From the human T2T-CHM13v2.0 reference genome, Homo sapiens: a stretch of 64,000 nt of DNA. Below, one piece after another: positions 44,285 to 57,712 of this stretch. Position numbers and translations under genes: made by a program. The notes under the pieces are model-generated. The model was given only the letters and a program-made list of their open reading frames with translations. It ran no database searches and was not told the origin of the DNA. Within the stretch, counting starts at the first letter, position 1. Each line of letters starts with the position of its first letter. The stretch lies in assembly GCF_009914755.1 (NCBI RefSeq), contig NC_060927.1; one strand, given 5' to 3'.

Positions 44285-44286
<2 letters not shown>

Positions 44287-44321
<35 letters not shown>
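44287..44321. repeat. (AC)n microsatellite
   Basis: About 17 units. Confidence 0.97.
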
Positions 44322-44327
<6 letters not shown>

Positions 44328-45975
44328 TATTAGTTATTTATAGAAAATCTTCTATTAATAGTTCTTTACTTCAACACTTGGCTTGTCAACATTCTTACAT
44401 ATCCAAGGAGAGAGATTTAAGAAGAAGATTAATATGAAAAAAAAAATATGTTAAAATTCTTCGAAGTAGAACTAAGTAGTGAGAATTGTAACCAAAGGTA
44501 CTTCAGAATATATACAGGACTTTTCACAGATGATGGAAAAGTAGAATAGATCATCTTTTCCCTTATGTATTATTTTTATTTTCCCTGTTCTCATACGGCT
44601 TACATTTTAGGAGAGACAGCCAAAGCAAAAGAAAATACAGGATCAAGATACTGCTGTGCAGTGTTAAATGCTACAATGGGATAAAATGATTTAGTTAGGC
44701 TGACATTTTTCTTTGGGGTCTGTCTGTCTGTAACAGTTCTTTTAATGATCTTGTTTGCACAATGTAGATATTGCATTGTATTTTCCTCTCACCTTCTGTA
44801 GGGATGATTAAAGAACTCTGGTCTATGTACAACCAACAAGTCAGATATTCTGACCCCTGAATAATTTAGCAGAAACTCCATCTGGCTGTATCCTCATAAA
44901 CTAGTGTGTAAATAACACCAGTGGAGGTTTTCAGTAAAGCACTAAAATTCTCAGCTATTTAAAGATCTATTTATTTAAAACATGTTGTTGGAAACTCACT
45001 ATTAGCAAAATGTGCTTTGAAATAAGAGTTTTTAAAAATATTTTTACTGAACCTTAACATGAGTTTTATAATAAGCTTTTAATATCTTTTAAAATAATAT
45101 GATAATTTAAAATGAAAGCTCTTCAAAGTACTTTTAGTTTAGAATCATTTCATGGACATCTAAACCTTACTTATATCAGTTATCTATGTAATCTTTTATG
45201 CCTTTGATAAGGCTTTCCCACAGCATAATACATGGTAGTCCAAATGCAAGATTTCCATATAATCTAAAGTTCTCTAATTTGAAATCTAATGAATAAATGC
45301 AAAATATTTGTAATGATGTTGAAAAACTCAAATTTTCAAAAATAACAATTGCAACAGCAAAGTGCTAAGCAACATGAAACTCTTTTTGCTGACCTGATAT
45401 GGAAAAATAAGTGCCATTATTAATGATTTTTATTTTTAAATATTTGAGTAATCTGTCTCTATAGTGTCTCTGAAAACATGAGTATGGTAATATAATGACT
45501 GAACAAGATGTTTTTGAGTGGTAAAGATGTTTTGTTGGATCACGTGGCAATGAGATTTGGCACTTCCTTTCATTTTCACAATTTGTTGGAAAAACTGACC
45601 AGAAAATAAAATAAAAAATGGGAACTTATCCATTTCCTAAGGTAAGAAGCAACCCAGGGAATTTAATTATTGCAGAAACAAGTTTAATAAGGGATGAGCC
45701 TTATAATGTTTTATTGAAATGAAATGCTTTCATTTTCTTAATGCCTTGAAATTACATTGAAATCTGGCGAATTTTAGACTTAGCAAAGCAGCGTGGTAGG
45801 CAGTCAGGAGATGGAATAAAGAGAGGCTTTGGATATTGCTAAAGGGAAATCAGCAATAGGAAATAGTATATTGTTATTACTGAAGCTATGAAACACTTCC
45901 AATGTGGCATGCTGTATGCTATGTGTTTTAAACATTTATCAGTTACTCCTTTGATGACTTCCATAAGTTATGAAG

Positions 45976-46262
45976 TTTTGTTTTTATTTTATTTTATTTT
46001 ATTTTATCTAGAGACAGGGTCTCTCTCTACAAACCAGGCTGAGCACATTGGTGTGATCATAACTAACTGAAGCTTCAACCTCCTGGGCTCAAGGGATCCT
46101 CCAGCCTCAGACTCCTGAGTAGCTGGAACTACAGGCATGCAACATCATGCCTGGCTAAATTTTTATTATTTATTTTTGTGTTTTAGAGATGGGATGTCCC
46201 TGTGTTGCTCAAGCTAGTGTCCAACTCCTGTAATCCTCCTGCTTCAACCTCCCGAGTACCAG
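45976..46262 (-). mobile_element. AluJ, 5'-truncated
   Basis: GAGACAGGGTCTCTCTCT..CCTCCTGGGCTCAAGGGATCCTCC; (TTTTA)n tail. Confidence 0.9.
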
Positions 46263-46404
46263 GGTACAATACAATAGGTACTTTTACAATAGATATAATA
46301 CTCATGGAGTATGAAAATATAACTACTTGTTGGGGAAACTCCCATTTAGTGGACCAACATCAGAAGAAATTCTATTTAAGGAATGTGTTAAATGGAAACT
46401 AAGC

Positions 46405-46640
46405 CACTTTCAGTGCCTATGATATACCAAGCTATGTTAACTGCTCCATGTAATTGTATTACATAAAATCCTTACAACAAACTTTAAAGATGGTATTTCC
46501 TCTTTCTGATTGTTAAGATTAGAGAAATAATAGGTTCAAAAGGATTAAAAAACCTTTGTTAGATCACATAGCAAGAGAGTACTGGAGCAGGAGATTCAGA
46601 TTCCGATTTGTCTCCTCCCAAAACCCATGTAATTTCATGA
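46405..46640 (-). mobile_element. MIR SINE
   Basis: AATCCTTACAACAAACTTT..AGATCACATAGCAAG..GGAGCAGGAGATTC. Confidence 0.6.
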
Positions 46641-47390
46641 CACTTCAATGCATCTCCACCACTTCTCTCTTGGATTGAATCTATGATGTCAGTTGTAGGA
46701 AATGGTACTTTCTAACTAGTAATTTACCCTAGAAGAAAGACTTGTCAGAGCTATCTTTATAACAGATCTGCCCTAATTATTTAGCTAAGTGGTGCTGTAT
46801 TAGGCAGTAACTCACTTAAGAATACTTTAATGGGAACCTTGACTCCTAAACTTTGGGAGAAAAGGATATGTCCTGTTTTACTTCAAATTCCCAAATTTCT
46901 TATAGAAGTCTAGTTGAATTTGGAATGTAAACAACAATTAACTATTTGTCTGATTATTTGATTTGGAATCTTTCTATATTTGGTTTACCACGTAACTTTC
47001 TGGTGGTGAGGGGATATAATATTAGGTGAAGTTTATGTATTTTATACTATTTTTTTTAAACTCTGTGTAGGCCGTATAACTTTAAAAGTTACTTCTAATT
47101 GAAGGTTATGGCTTTGAGCTAAAGGTAGTTTTACTGATTTGACAGTGGAGGCAACCAAACTGCATATAAACTGCAGAGATAAATAGGGAGATATATTATT
47201 TGAATCATTGTCTATATCACTGTGATCTGACAATTTTGACTACATTTTTCACAAAATAGGTTTAATTAAATAAATTTTGTTCATTACTCCATTATAAATT
47301 TAGATTTTCCATAAGCTCCATAAGTTGTTTGTTTTATCAACCATATTGTTTTCATTATAAATATTATATTCAAAAATCAATTTTAAAAGA

Positions 47391-47651
47391 CAATATAATG
47401 AGGTGGTTAAAAGCAAGGATTATGTAGGTTTATGTTCAGACTCTGCCATTTCAAATTTGTGACTGTGGGCAAGTTACCATGTGCCTCACATAAGTGCCTT
47501 GCCTCATATTTGCGTGACTCAGGCATTAGTAAAAGGGGGAGAATAATAGTCCTAACTCTAGAGGGTTGTTGAGATGATTAAATGAGCTAATGTCTGTAAC
47601 ATCTTAGAAAAGTACCTGTCCCATTATAAGCATTATAAAGGATTTGCTATT
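47391..47651 (+). mobile_element. MIR SINE, near full length
   Basis: GTGGTTAAAAGCAAGGA..GTGACTGTGGGCAAGTTAC..AATAATAGTCC..AGAGGGTTGTTGAGATGATTAAATGAG. Confidence 0.85.
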
Positions 47652-48276
47652 TTCATTTCTGGCCATAACCTTTGAGTATACTGACCTGTTAACCGCTATC
47701 CATAGCATATATCATATATTACTTCTTGTGCAGAATCTCATGACCAAACCATTTTGTCTTTAAAGAGAGGGATAATGACATAGGCAATTTACAACAGGTT
47801 GCTCATTTCAGTGATTTCAGTTATATGATGAACAATATATAGAATTGCAATGTTTGAGGACAGCAATTATTTTAGGACAGAGTAACACAAAAATAGAAAA
47901 TAAAAAATCTATAAACTTCTAATATCTCACTTTATTTGGGGTTATCCTTAAAATTCTTTCTTAAGAATATTTATATGAATAATCCTTTTCTTTATTTTTG
48001 ATAAGAATACATTTTTCTCAGAAAGCATAAGCATTAAATATTTTCTCTCTCAGCACATTTGAAGTCTGAACTTGATTCATCTTTCATCTTTATAATCTAA
48101 GGCCTATATTTGCACACAAAAGGAAGTAGCAAAACAGAATAAACATAACAATGTTTTCAATTATCAGTTTAGTATATATTTACTTGTGAATTTTAGTTTC
48201 AATGATAAGACATTAATCTTTGAAATGACCATTATACACCCACATACACAGCATATACACAAATTATATATATTGG

Positions 48277-48300
48277 ATATATATATATATATATATATAT
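48277..48300. repeat. (AT)12 microsatellite
   Basis: Perfect AT run. Confidence 0.95.
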
Positions 48301-50169
48301 GTTTTGTATCACAATCAATCAACAGTGTTTAATATTTATATGTGTGATCAAAATAAGTCAAAATCTGTATTAAAAGAGTTAATTTATCACCAATGACCTA
48401 GGAAAGTGCTCTCATATTGACAGACAAGTAATTATTTTTATTCCTATTGCTTAAGCCGCTTCCATGAATGCTACAGAGTGAATAGATTCTTATTTAAATG
48501 AATAACTTTCTTAGTTGGATACAATCTACTAACAGCATGGCTATTACAGTGGTGAACAGAAAAGCTGGAATGATTTCATTAACAAGTCAGAAAGGGCATT
48601 TTGATTTATTTCCAACATGGTAAAGCTTTTGTGATTCCCAGCCATAAACACCGGGTGAGGGGTTGGGGGTGAGGAGGTATGGCACTATAATAATGAAGAG
48701 AATTACCACTGAGATTTTAGAGAAGAAAAGCATTTAATATCCCCTAGCACAATGTCAGATTCTTTCAAGCATATTTAAATTCTTGTGCTAGGATTTCTGT
48801 CAGCACAAGATACCAATCAAAGTGAAACTTTCTTTTTTCAGATATTCAAAAGAACTTCATTCTTGGTTTTTTTTTTTTCCTTTCTTACTCTTAAAATATA
48901 AATACCCTGATGAACACTCTATTGATGTTATTCGTGTTCTTTATGAGTCGGGAAGAAAGTTGTACTTCAAAAGATGCCAGAAAGAAATGAAAATACAAAA
49001 TAATAAACAGAGATCAATGGGACAGTGTATGCTGTTCTCCTTCCTACTGGGCAGTTTCATATGTCACAAGTGTAAAAGGGAGAAGTGTTCATAAGAATTT
49101 GACTCATTATAATAATACATATTAAGAAAAAAATACTTGGTTATTGAAAATGTTTACCGAAATTCAAAATTTGCCTTTATTCCTAGGGCATGCTTATTAT
49201 TCCATAATGCCGATTTACTGAATCTGTAGCTTGTCTCTGGATATGGAAAATTTTTCACAGGCCTGCTACCAGGAGGCCTGCTACTCTAGCGTGACCTTTA
49301 TTCCAGATGCAAAAACAGAAATCAACTAAAGTTTCAAGTTCTATATTTAATAAAACAGTTTGGGTTTATTTTGGTGACAGTTGTATTTCTAAGCATCTGA
49401 ATACACTATAATAGTTTTTGAGAGTTTGTCAGAGACTTTTAGAAATAATGAAATAATTAAAGCCATTTTTTAGTTTCTCTTCTCTTCAATTGATTTTAAA
49501 GGCCCTGAGTTACCGAGTAATCTCCTTGACTTACTACTCTCGCTTGTGATGGCTAATTCTATTTTTGCTAAGTGTATTCCTGTGCTGAACTTATGACTGA
49601 ATAAGGCAAACTGCAACTGTGAGGAATTTATGTAAAGATCTATTTAAACATGTTAGATGTGGTGTTTAGTTTGATATTTTAAAAGAAAATTTAGTGCATT
49701 TTTATCGATGGTTCATATTGACAGAACACCTCCTTAGGTTAATATTCATGAGTTATTATTACATGAAGGGCATTTTAAACTAGAGAGTAAATTTCTAACC
49801 TTTATATTCTACAGACTTTTTTCCTTGAAAATATATATATAATTTGAATAAAACAGTAATGAAAATGGAAATATTTAATTTTGATATTTAAACAGTAAAT
49901 TTTATTTAAAAATAATAGTTGATTTATTAATAAAACTTAATATGCTATGTATGTTGTAGCAAGCTTTTAAAAGCATTTTATGAATATATATTTGACAAAA
50001 TTATAAATGGTTATTAAATCGATCCTTTGATTTTACTCTTAGAATCTGAACACAAACATATTCAATCTTGACTAAAAAACACCCATAAAATTGCCCTTTC
50101 TGCATTTCTCAAAACATAACTTGGCCAAAATATTAAATAGTATAGTATGGGTTTTTTGAGTCATGTTTA

Positions 50170-50320
50170 ATTTTTATTTAATTTTGGTAAAATACACATA
50201 TTATGAAATTTACCATTTTAACTGTAAGTACACAATTCAGTGGCATTAAATACATTTAGAATTTGTACATCATCAGAATATTTATTTCCAAAATAGAAAC
50301 TCTGTATTCCTTAAACAATG
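50170..50320 (-). mobile_element. L1MB-like 3' fragment
   Basis: GGTAAAATACACATA..AAATTTACCATTTTAAC..CAATTCAGTGGCATTAAATACATT..AGAAACTCTGTA. Confidence 0.7.
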
Positions 50321-51825
50321 TTACCTGGTAAGTTTTAAGATTTTGTATATATTGAATTTGGGAAACTTAATTGTGTATGATGATTTATAAATTAGTGTAA
50401 ATATAAGTATCATTTCTTATGAAATTTTGCATATGTTTGTGTATATGTAAATAGATTTACATATGCATGTGTATGTATTATATTAACAAATAATTTTTGA
50501 TTCTTATGTTATCATATGTTCAATTAGTTTATTGAACTTTGAGAATTGACTTAATTATATTTAACTGATGTACTATTTTTTGGTGCTTCAGGTACAGATA
50601 CACATTTTATAACATTTCCAATTGTATATGTACATATTAATATGTTTCACTGGCAAATACTATATAATGAGTATAGTATTTATGTAGTCAAGTTATATAT
50701 ATGTAATATATATATTTGATATATATTTTAGGAACATATCTAATGCCGTATATCCAGATATGTACATAATAGAATAAAATATATTTGATGTTATATAATG
50801 TTGAATAAGGAGTAATATATTATTTTTGAAACTACTGTTATTCTTACTTATATATAATTCATATTGTTACTTTTAAAGGTCTTCTTGAATTACTATTTTG
50901 TAACTGGTTAACAGGAGTTATTATTATTTTCTGGCAATTTTTGTCTCAAAAAACTCGAAGGCCTGTAATTTTCTAAGAATTGAGTTACTAAATTTTTCTA
51001 CCTTCTTACTGTTTAGGTCCTACTATTTTTGCTTTTAAGCTATTCAATGTTCTGAGGGTTTTTTTCTTCCTTCCATTAAAATGTCTGCTCAGAAAATATC
51101 CACATTTCCTCTTCAATTTTCTAAAGTAGCCTGGAGGCATATCCCATGTGTATATAAAGTATAGCTTTTCCCTTTGGACTTAAAACTTTATTGTAACAAA
51201 GGTCCCAGGCTACAAACTTTTTTCCAGGAGATGCTTGAGCAATACCCTTTGAATGAATTCTCAGATATTACCGTCCACCTAACAGTGATCCCAAAGGGAC
51301 AATGATGTCAGCATTGAAACTTTCTGGGGTTTTGTGCTGCTTATGCTCTGTATTAACACAGGAATAATGCTTTCCCTAAATTGAAGTACTTTATCTTTTT
51401 ATACAAGGCACAATAGGCATGAATTTCTTAGGATTATGTAAACCTTTAACAGTATGTACTTCAGTGGAAATGTAGCAACACCTCATGTCTACAGTGCTTC
51501 TCCCTACCATTTCCTCAAATGAATCTATACAACCTTGCATTTTTTGAATTAAATTTGTATTCTATATAGAGCCAACAGCTACATCCATACTAACAAAGTT
51601 ATTCTAGTTTAGGGGGCCAGATATGTGCCATGACAATTTTTCTCCTTAACTTCTACTTTATCCATTCAAGTCAAATGACTGTTTCTCACAGCAAAGCCTT
51701 TAAAACCGTATTCCTGCTTTCTTACCGTCACAGACCCCAACAGCATAAGGACAGTGAGTTTAATTGTACAACTTAAAACTGAAACTATTGTAAATTACTT
51801 TGATATTCTTTATCCTTAATTCCCT

Positions 51826-51885
51826 TATTGACCTCATTGATGGTTTATCAAATCATATTGACCTCACTGATTCTTTATCAAATCA
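51826..51885. repeat. 30-bp tandem duplication
   Basis: TATTGACCTCATTGATGGTTTATCAAATCA and TATTGACCTCACTGATTCTTTATCAAATCA, 3 mismatches. Confidence 0.95.
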
Positions 51886-54281
51886 TTTTTATAAACACAA
51901 ATTTAACATATTTTATAGTCATATGATAGAGTTTGGATTTTTGACTCATGTCTTACGGAGACAGGCATTCATTTTCCTTCACGCAGTTTGCCAGTGTAGC
52001 ACAGTAATAGTTTTATGGCTTTAAACAACCACAAACCCCTGTCAAAACAGTGACACTTAAAGAATAAAAAGAAAGCAAAACAATGTGATGAAGAGTCTGT
52101 TTTTAACATAATGACAATAAAAGGTGCAAAATGAAAATAATAATTCATGTTTTTATACTAAATAATAAAACATGCTTCAATATTCAATATATATTTAGTG
52201 AGACTCTGAATTCCATCACAAGTTTAGGTACACAACAAGGAATCAGACAAGTATCTAGTAGGTACCTTTTATTCACCAATATAAATTCCTACATGTGATG
52301 TATTTAAAAAATTAGAACTATTGTTCCATATTTTGAAGATAAAATTGCGGTTTACTATCAAGAAAAGATATTCTGACCCTCTAACACTTTAGATTTGCCT
52401 GTCTTTAAAAATTCATCTTGGAAAATCAGCCCAAAGCATTGTTAACTTCCATTCCTTCACAGTTCACTACACATATTCAGACATAGGCTTTAAATTATTC
52501 CTTAAAGAATACCAGCAGGTGATTGATAACTGGAAAAAATAACCATATCTATAAGAATAAATCAAACTCATCGCCATCCTGCATGCGCAGTCTGCCACAG
52601 TTATTTGAGTAATGTCATGTAGCAATATAATCTATATATTGAGCCCCAAGAATTCAAATTAACATCAGCGAAATCATAGTTAATTGCTTAAAATCTACAC
52701 TCTTGTCGACATAATTATATTTTACTAACATGAAAAGTAACTATTTATTGCATTGAATAAAATTTGTAAATTAAGACATTCTCTGCTTTTATTTTTCCTT
52801 CTCTAAGAGTCATTATAAGAGGAAGAAATAAAAGATTTTACCCCAGGAGGCACATCTAATTCTGTGCCCATGAGTAATTCATTAGAAATTTTGTGATGTT
52901 TATGGAAAAAGATGATGAGTATGTGGTAATACAAAACCTTATAATGTACTGTTTCAAAATTCGAAGACCCTGCTAGCATCAGGATCAGGATTTTACATTC
53001 AGTATAGTTCATACATAAGGTTAATAATGACCTTCAAAACTTGTTCTTATTTGTTGCTGCTGAGTTAAGAACCGAGTAGCAGAGGAGAAAATGATGACGT
53101 TGAGGTCACAGCAGGAAACTTATTCTCATTTCAAGTAAAACTCATTTGCTCCTCAGCGAAACATACAATTTACAATCTTTTATATTGCAAAGTATTTAAA
53201 TGATGTAGACATTAAACTGCTATCTTCAGAAAATAATTTCTTGAGAACATTATTCTTTCATCCCTAAGTATTATCATAAAAAGAAATACCATTTTAATTT
53301 TATGGCGTATGTAATTTATATTGCAAAGGTATACATTTTTATAGGCAATTTTAGGGGGAACAATAGAAACATTTTGGCTAATAATGGGAATACATTACAA
53401 AATTCAAACTGAAAGTCTGTCATAATCTTATTTACATAAATATGCTGGATTTCCATATTGAAAATGTGTTTTAATAGCTTGGGAGAAAAGATTGTTAATT
53501 AATCCAGTTCCGACATAAATGCCTAAGTGAATGAAATCTAAATTTTATTTCTGCTCTTATTTTAGATAGTCAGAAAAATTTAACTATTATCAAGGAAATG
53601 CTATCCTTTCCCATTCTCTATTTTGTAATATCAAACTGTGTCCTAGCAGTTGAATATAAAATAACAAATGTTTTCCAATGGATTCTATTATAAAGGTTCC
53701 CAACAGATTTGATTATCCTGTAGATATAGATGTATAATAGGGAGACCAATTGAAAATGTGTATATTTTAAAGTTATTTTATAATGGAAAACTCTCAGGAG
53801 GCAAGAGAATTGTGTCTGAATCTAGATACCTTACTGAATACTATAAGAATAAAAGCTAAAAAAGACCAAACTCTCACATATGAATTTATGTGGAAAATGT
53901 CAAATCCAAAGGAATGTAAGGTCAAAATGTCCCTTCTCTGTAAATCTTAAGTTTTGCCTTTGAATATAGAATGTAAGCACTTTTAATAATTTTTTTTTTT
54001 TTAAATCACAGTGGGCCATCTCTTCTGTGTCATTAAATGAATGTTCCATGAGGACAGGAAATTTTCTGGTTTCAGAGTTAAGAGCTAAAACTGTCTTCTG
54101 AAATGTCAAACATCTTTCTCCTCAATTCTTTCCATTTCCCCCAATACTTAGCTTAATTCTTTATAGGAACGAGGTTGGTAGCCAATAATATCACAAAGCC
54201 TGGGCTTCCAAGTATTCTGATTTTCCCTGTTTGCCTAAGCTACATTTGAACAAGTCTTTTTCCCCTTCTATCAGAAGATAC

Positions 54282-54516
54282 GGCTGGGCACAGTGGCTCA
54301 TGCCTATAGTCTCAGTACTTTGGAGGCCAAGGTGGGAGGGTGGCTTGAAGCCAGGAGTTCAAAACGATACTGGGCAGTGAAACAACACATCCATCTCTAG
54401 AAAATGAAATTTAAAAGTAAATAAATAAACCGGACATGGTGGTGTGTCGTGTGCCTGTAGTCCCAGCTACTTGGGAGATTGAGGTGGAAGGATCACTTGA
54501 GCCCAAACTGCATCTG
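54282..54516 (+). mobile_element. AluJ with right-arm deletion
   Basis: GGCTGGGCACAGTGGCTC..GGATCACTTGAGCCC, then an abrupt jump to the terminal segment. Confidence 0.88.
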
Positions 54517-54716
54517 AAGAAGAAGAAAGGAAAAGGAGGAGGAAGAGGAGTAGGAGGAAGTGGAGGAGGAGAAGGAGGAAGTGGAGGAGGAGGACGAGGA
54601 GGAGGAGGAGGAATAGGAGGAGGAGGAAGTGGAGGAGGAGAAGGAGGAAGTGGAGGAGGAGGAGGAGGAAGTGGAGGAGGAGGACGAAGAGGAGGAGGAG
54701 GAGGAGAAGGAGAAAA
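54516..54716. repeat. (GGA)n-based polypurine array at the Alu tail
   Basis: About 200 bp of almost pure purine on + with recurring AGT, GAA and CGA interruptions. Confidence 0.97.
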
Positions 54717-54770
54717 CAGCAATTGCAAGAATGGAATTTTCAAAGGAATATTTGTCAAGAAATAAACCTC

Positions 54771-54830
54771 TGTGTGTGTGTGTGCGTGTGTGCGTGTGTG
54801 TGCGTGTGTGTGTGCGTGCGTGTGTGTGTG
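54771..54830. repeat. (TG/CG)n alternating purine-pyrimidine tract
   Basis: 60 bp of uninterrupted YR alternation including five CG steps. Confidence 0.97.
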
Positions 54831-55565
54831 ATGGGAATGAATAGATGACACTGTCAGGAACCATGCATTTAATGCCTAATACAATCTATCTGACAAATGG
54901 GACCTTATTCTTTTCTAAGATACAATTTTCCCATCAGTCCCCACTTTAGTGAGTATAAACTGTTGTTCCTCTTGCCCCTGCTAATTTCACACTCCATTTT
55001 ACAATAGATATAACATTTAACTTAATTCCACTTATTCCTTTATTTTTGTATTTAGAAAGATATTACCCAGAATATCATCAATATAACAGTTCTTAAAAAA
55101 TACTTTGTACACAAGTAAGGATATAATTTAGATAGAATTTTATCTCAAAGTAATAAAGAAATAAAATTTTTCTGTATTCACGTAATGAGGAACCCCTCTT
55201 TCTTTTGCTAAGGCCATTAAAGGTCTTACTAAGCCTGTGGGCTACTTGCTCAAATTCATTTGACTGTCAGGTGAGGGAAAGAAGTCCACATGTAAATTAA
55301 ATTATTTTCCTCTAATGTTAAAGTGCTCCTTGTCCCAATTCTGAGTATTTGGCAAGACAGAGATAATGTTTAATTATATTTAAAAATCTAGGTTACAGAT
55401 TTGATATTTTTAAAAACAGATGCTGAAACCTATTAAGATCCACTAAACATGGTAGCCGTGATGGGAATTTTTGAAAAACATAATTAGTAGTCAGCCTCTG
55501 GATTTTTTAGATTCAGGCCTTTTGAGGGATGATGAGATGATTTAGGTAATTTTATTATTTATTTA

Positions 55566-55874
<309 letters not shown>

Positions 55875-56594
55875 TATTTATTCTATTTCTTTACTTCAGT
55901 AGTACCAAGTGAGGACTGAGGCTATGCTTGTAGCTCATACATGTAAGCTGTAGTAAAAAAAGAAAAAGGCAATGGACCTTCTTTTAATAACTAAAATGTT
56001 TTCCTATGCATCACTACTAAAATTATTTTTTCCATATACTGTGTATATTTATTTATATATTTTCCCGGGTAATATCTTAAGAATCTTGTGCAATTCCTAC
56101 CCAAGTGTCACATCTATTCAACAAATAAAATATCTTAGTTTTAGTATTGTTATTTCAGAGTAATTGAAATTAATATAATCTTAAGAAAGGGGAATATAAA
56201 CTTTATCTTACTTCAAATCCTACATCATTTTTATAAGTTGAAATTGAAGTCTGAAGGCATCTGTGTTTACATCAATATGAAATAAAATTCAGTCTTACTA
56301 AGAATGACTAAGTAAAATTTAACTTTGTTCCGATGTGATTAGACTGATGGAGAAAATGGAATTCCTAAAATAAGAGAATTCATTGATTTATATTACACTG
56401 TATCTCTTTAGACTGATATACTGATAACATCTCAGTAGTTTGTTTCTGTAAATATATGGTAAGGTATTACAAGTTTTCATTTAATATATTTATAAGTTCA
56501 ATATACATTTCTGCATTGAAATAAACTAACCCTTACTTTTAGTCATTTGTAAACATCAATACATGAACATTAATAATCTAGATAAAAATAACTT

Positions 56595-56750
56595 TGCTAG
56601 ATGACGAGTTAGTGGGTGCAGCGCACCAGAATGGCACATGTATACATATGTAACTAACCTGCACAATGTGCACATGTACCCTAAAACTTAAAGTATAATA
56701 ATAAAAGAAAAAAAATCAAACAAAACGAAACAAAAAAAAAACAAAAAAAA
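56595..56750 (+). mobile_element. L1PA2-like, about 105-nt 3' end plus A-rich tail
   Basis: GCTAGATGACGAGTTAGTGGGTGCAGCGCACC..CACAATGTG..CTTAAAGTATAATAA; flanks AAAAA(T/G)AACTTTG at 56584-56596 and 56746-56758. Confidence 0.93.
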
Positions 56751-56777
56751 GAACTTTGAATTAAAGTGTCCTTCTAA

Positions 56778-56789
56778 AAATTATTTAAC

Positions 56790-56821
<32 letters not shown>

Positions 56822-56832
56822 AATTATTTAAC

Positions 56833-56873
<41 letters not shown>
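56778..56873. repeat. Tandem duplication of a compound (TG)n(AG)n microsatellite unit
   Basis: AAATTATTTAACG(TG)6(AG)9 followed by AAATTATTTAACG(TG)8(AG)12. Confidence 0.97.
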
Positions 56874-57194
56874 CAAAGCAAGGGAGAGAGAGATTATATA
56901 CTCGAAATTCAGGGGAAAGAAACAAGCAATAATGATGAACCAAGCTGATATGCAGGTTTTATTTACAAATATAGCCCCATGCCTTCCTTGAATCAGTAGA
57001 TGATCAAACCCAATATTTTTGATATTCATTACTGAAATCCTATATAAATTTAATTGTTATTCTGATCATAATTCTACAATATTAGAAATGCCTTCAATTA
57101 TCTCAGTGAGTCCATTATATTAATTAGAGAACTTCGTAAAACATTACCTTCCTAGAGTCCCTTGCTTTTTACAAGACTCTTCTACTTGTATTTT

Positions 57195-57378
57195 CTTATT
57201 TAATTCTCACAGAAATCATATGAGTAGGATTAGCAATTCCTGTTACACACAAGAAGAAACTGAACCCAAATGGATTAGGCTATAGAAGCAAGATTACACA
57301 CCTAAGGTTATAGACTCAAGACTTGAGCTCAAATTCTCTAACTGTAACTCAAATTTCTATTTCCCCTGTGTCGGCTGC
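57195..57378 (-). mobile_element. MIR SINE
   Basis: TTTAATTCTCACAGAAATCATATGAGTAGG..GAAGAAACTGAACCC..GACTTGAGCTC. Confidence 0.7.
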
Positions 57379-57486
57379 ACAATGAATTATATATAGCACA
57401 GTGTTAAGAGTCATTTTAGAATAGAGATCATTTTCATGAGTCAAAAAAAAAAAGTGTTTTTAACTCAATGTAAATTTTTTAAAATC

Positions 57487-57712
<226 letters not shown>

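Noticed and set aside
50640-50860. Very TA-rich stretch, possible matrix attachment or unwinding element
   Set aside because: Low complexity without defined periodicity; not distinctive in this background.
54411-54864. Poly-Pro, Gly, Ser and Glu ORFs
   Set aside because: Stop-free reading of the (GGA)n repeat in four frames, with no splice or promoter support.
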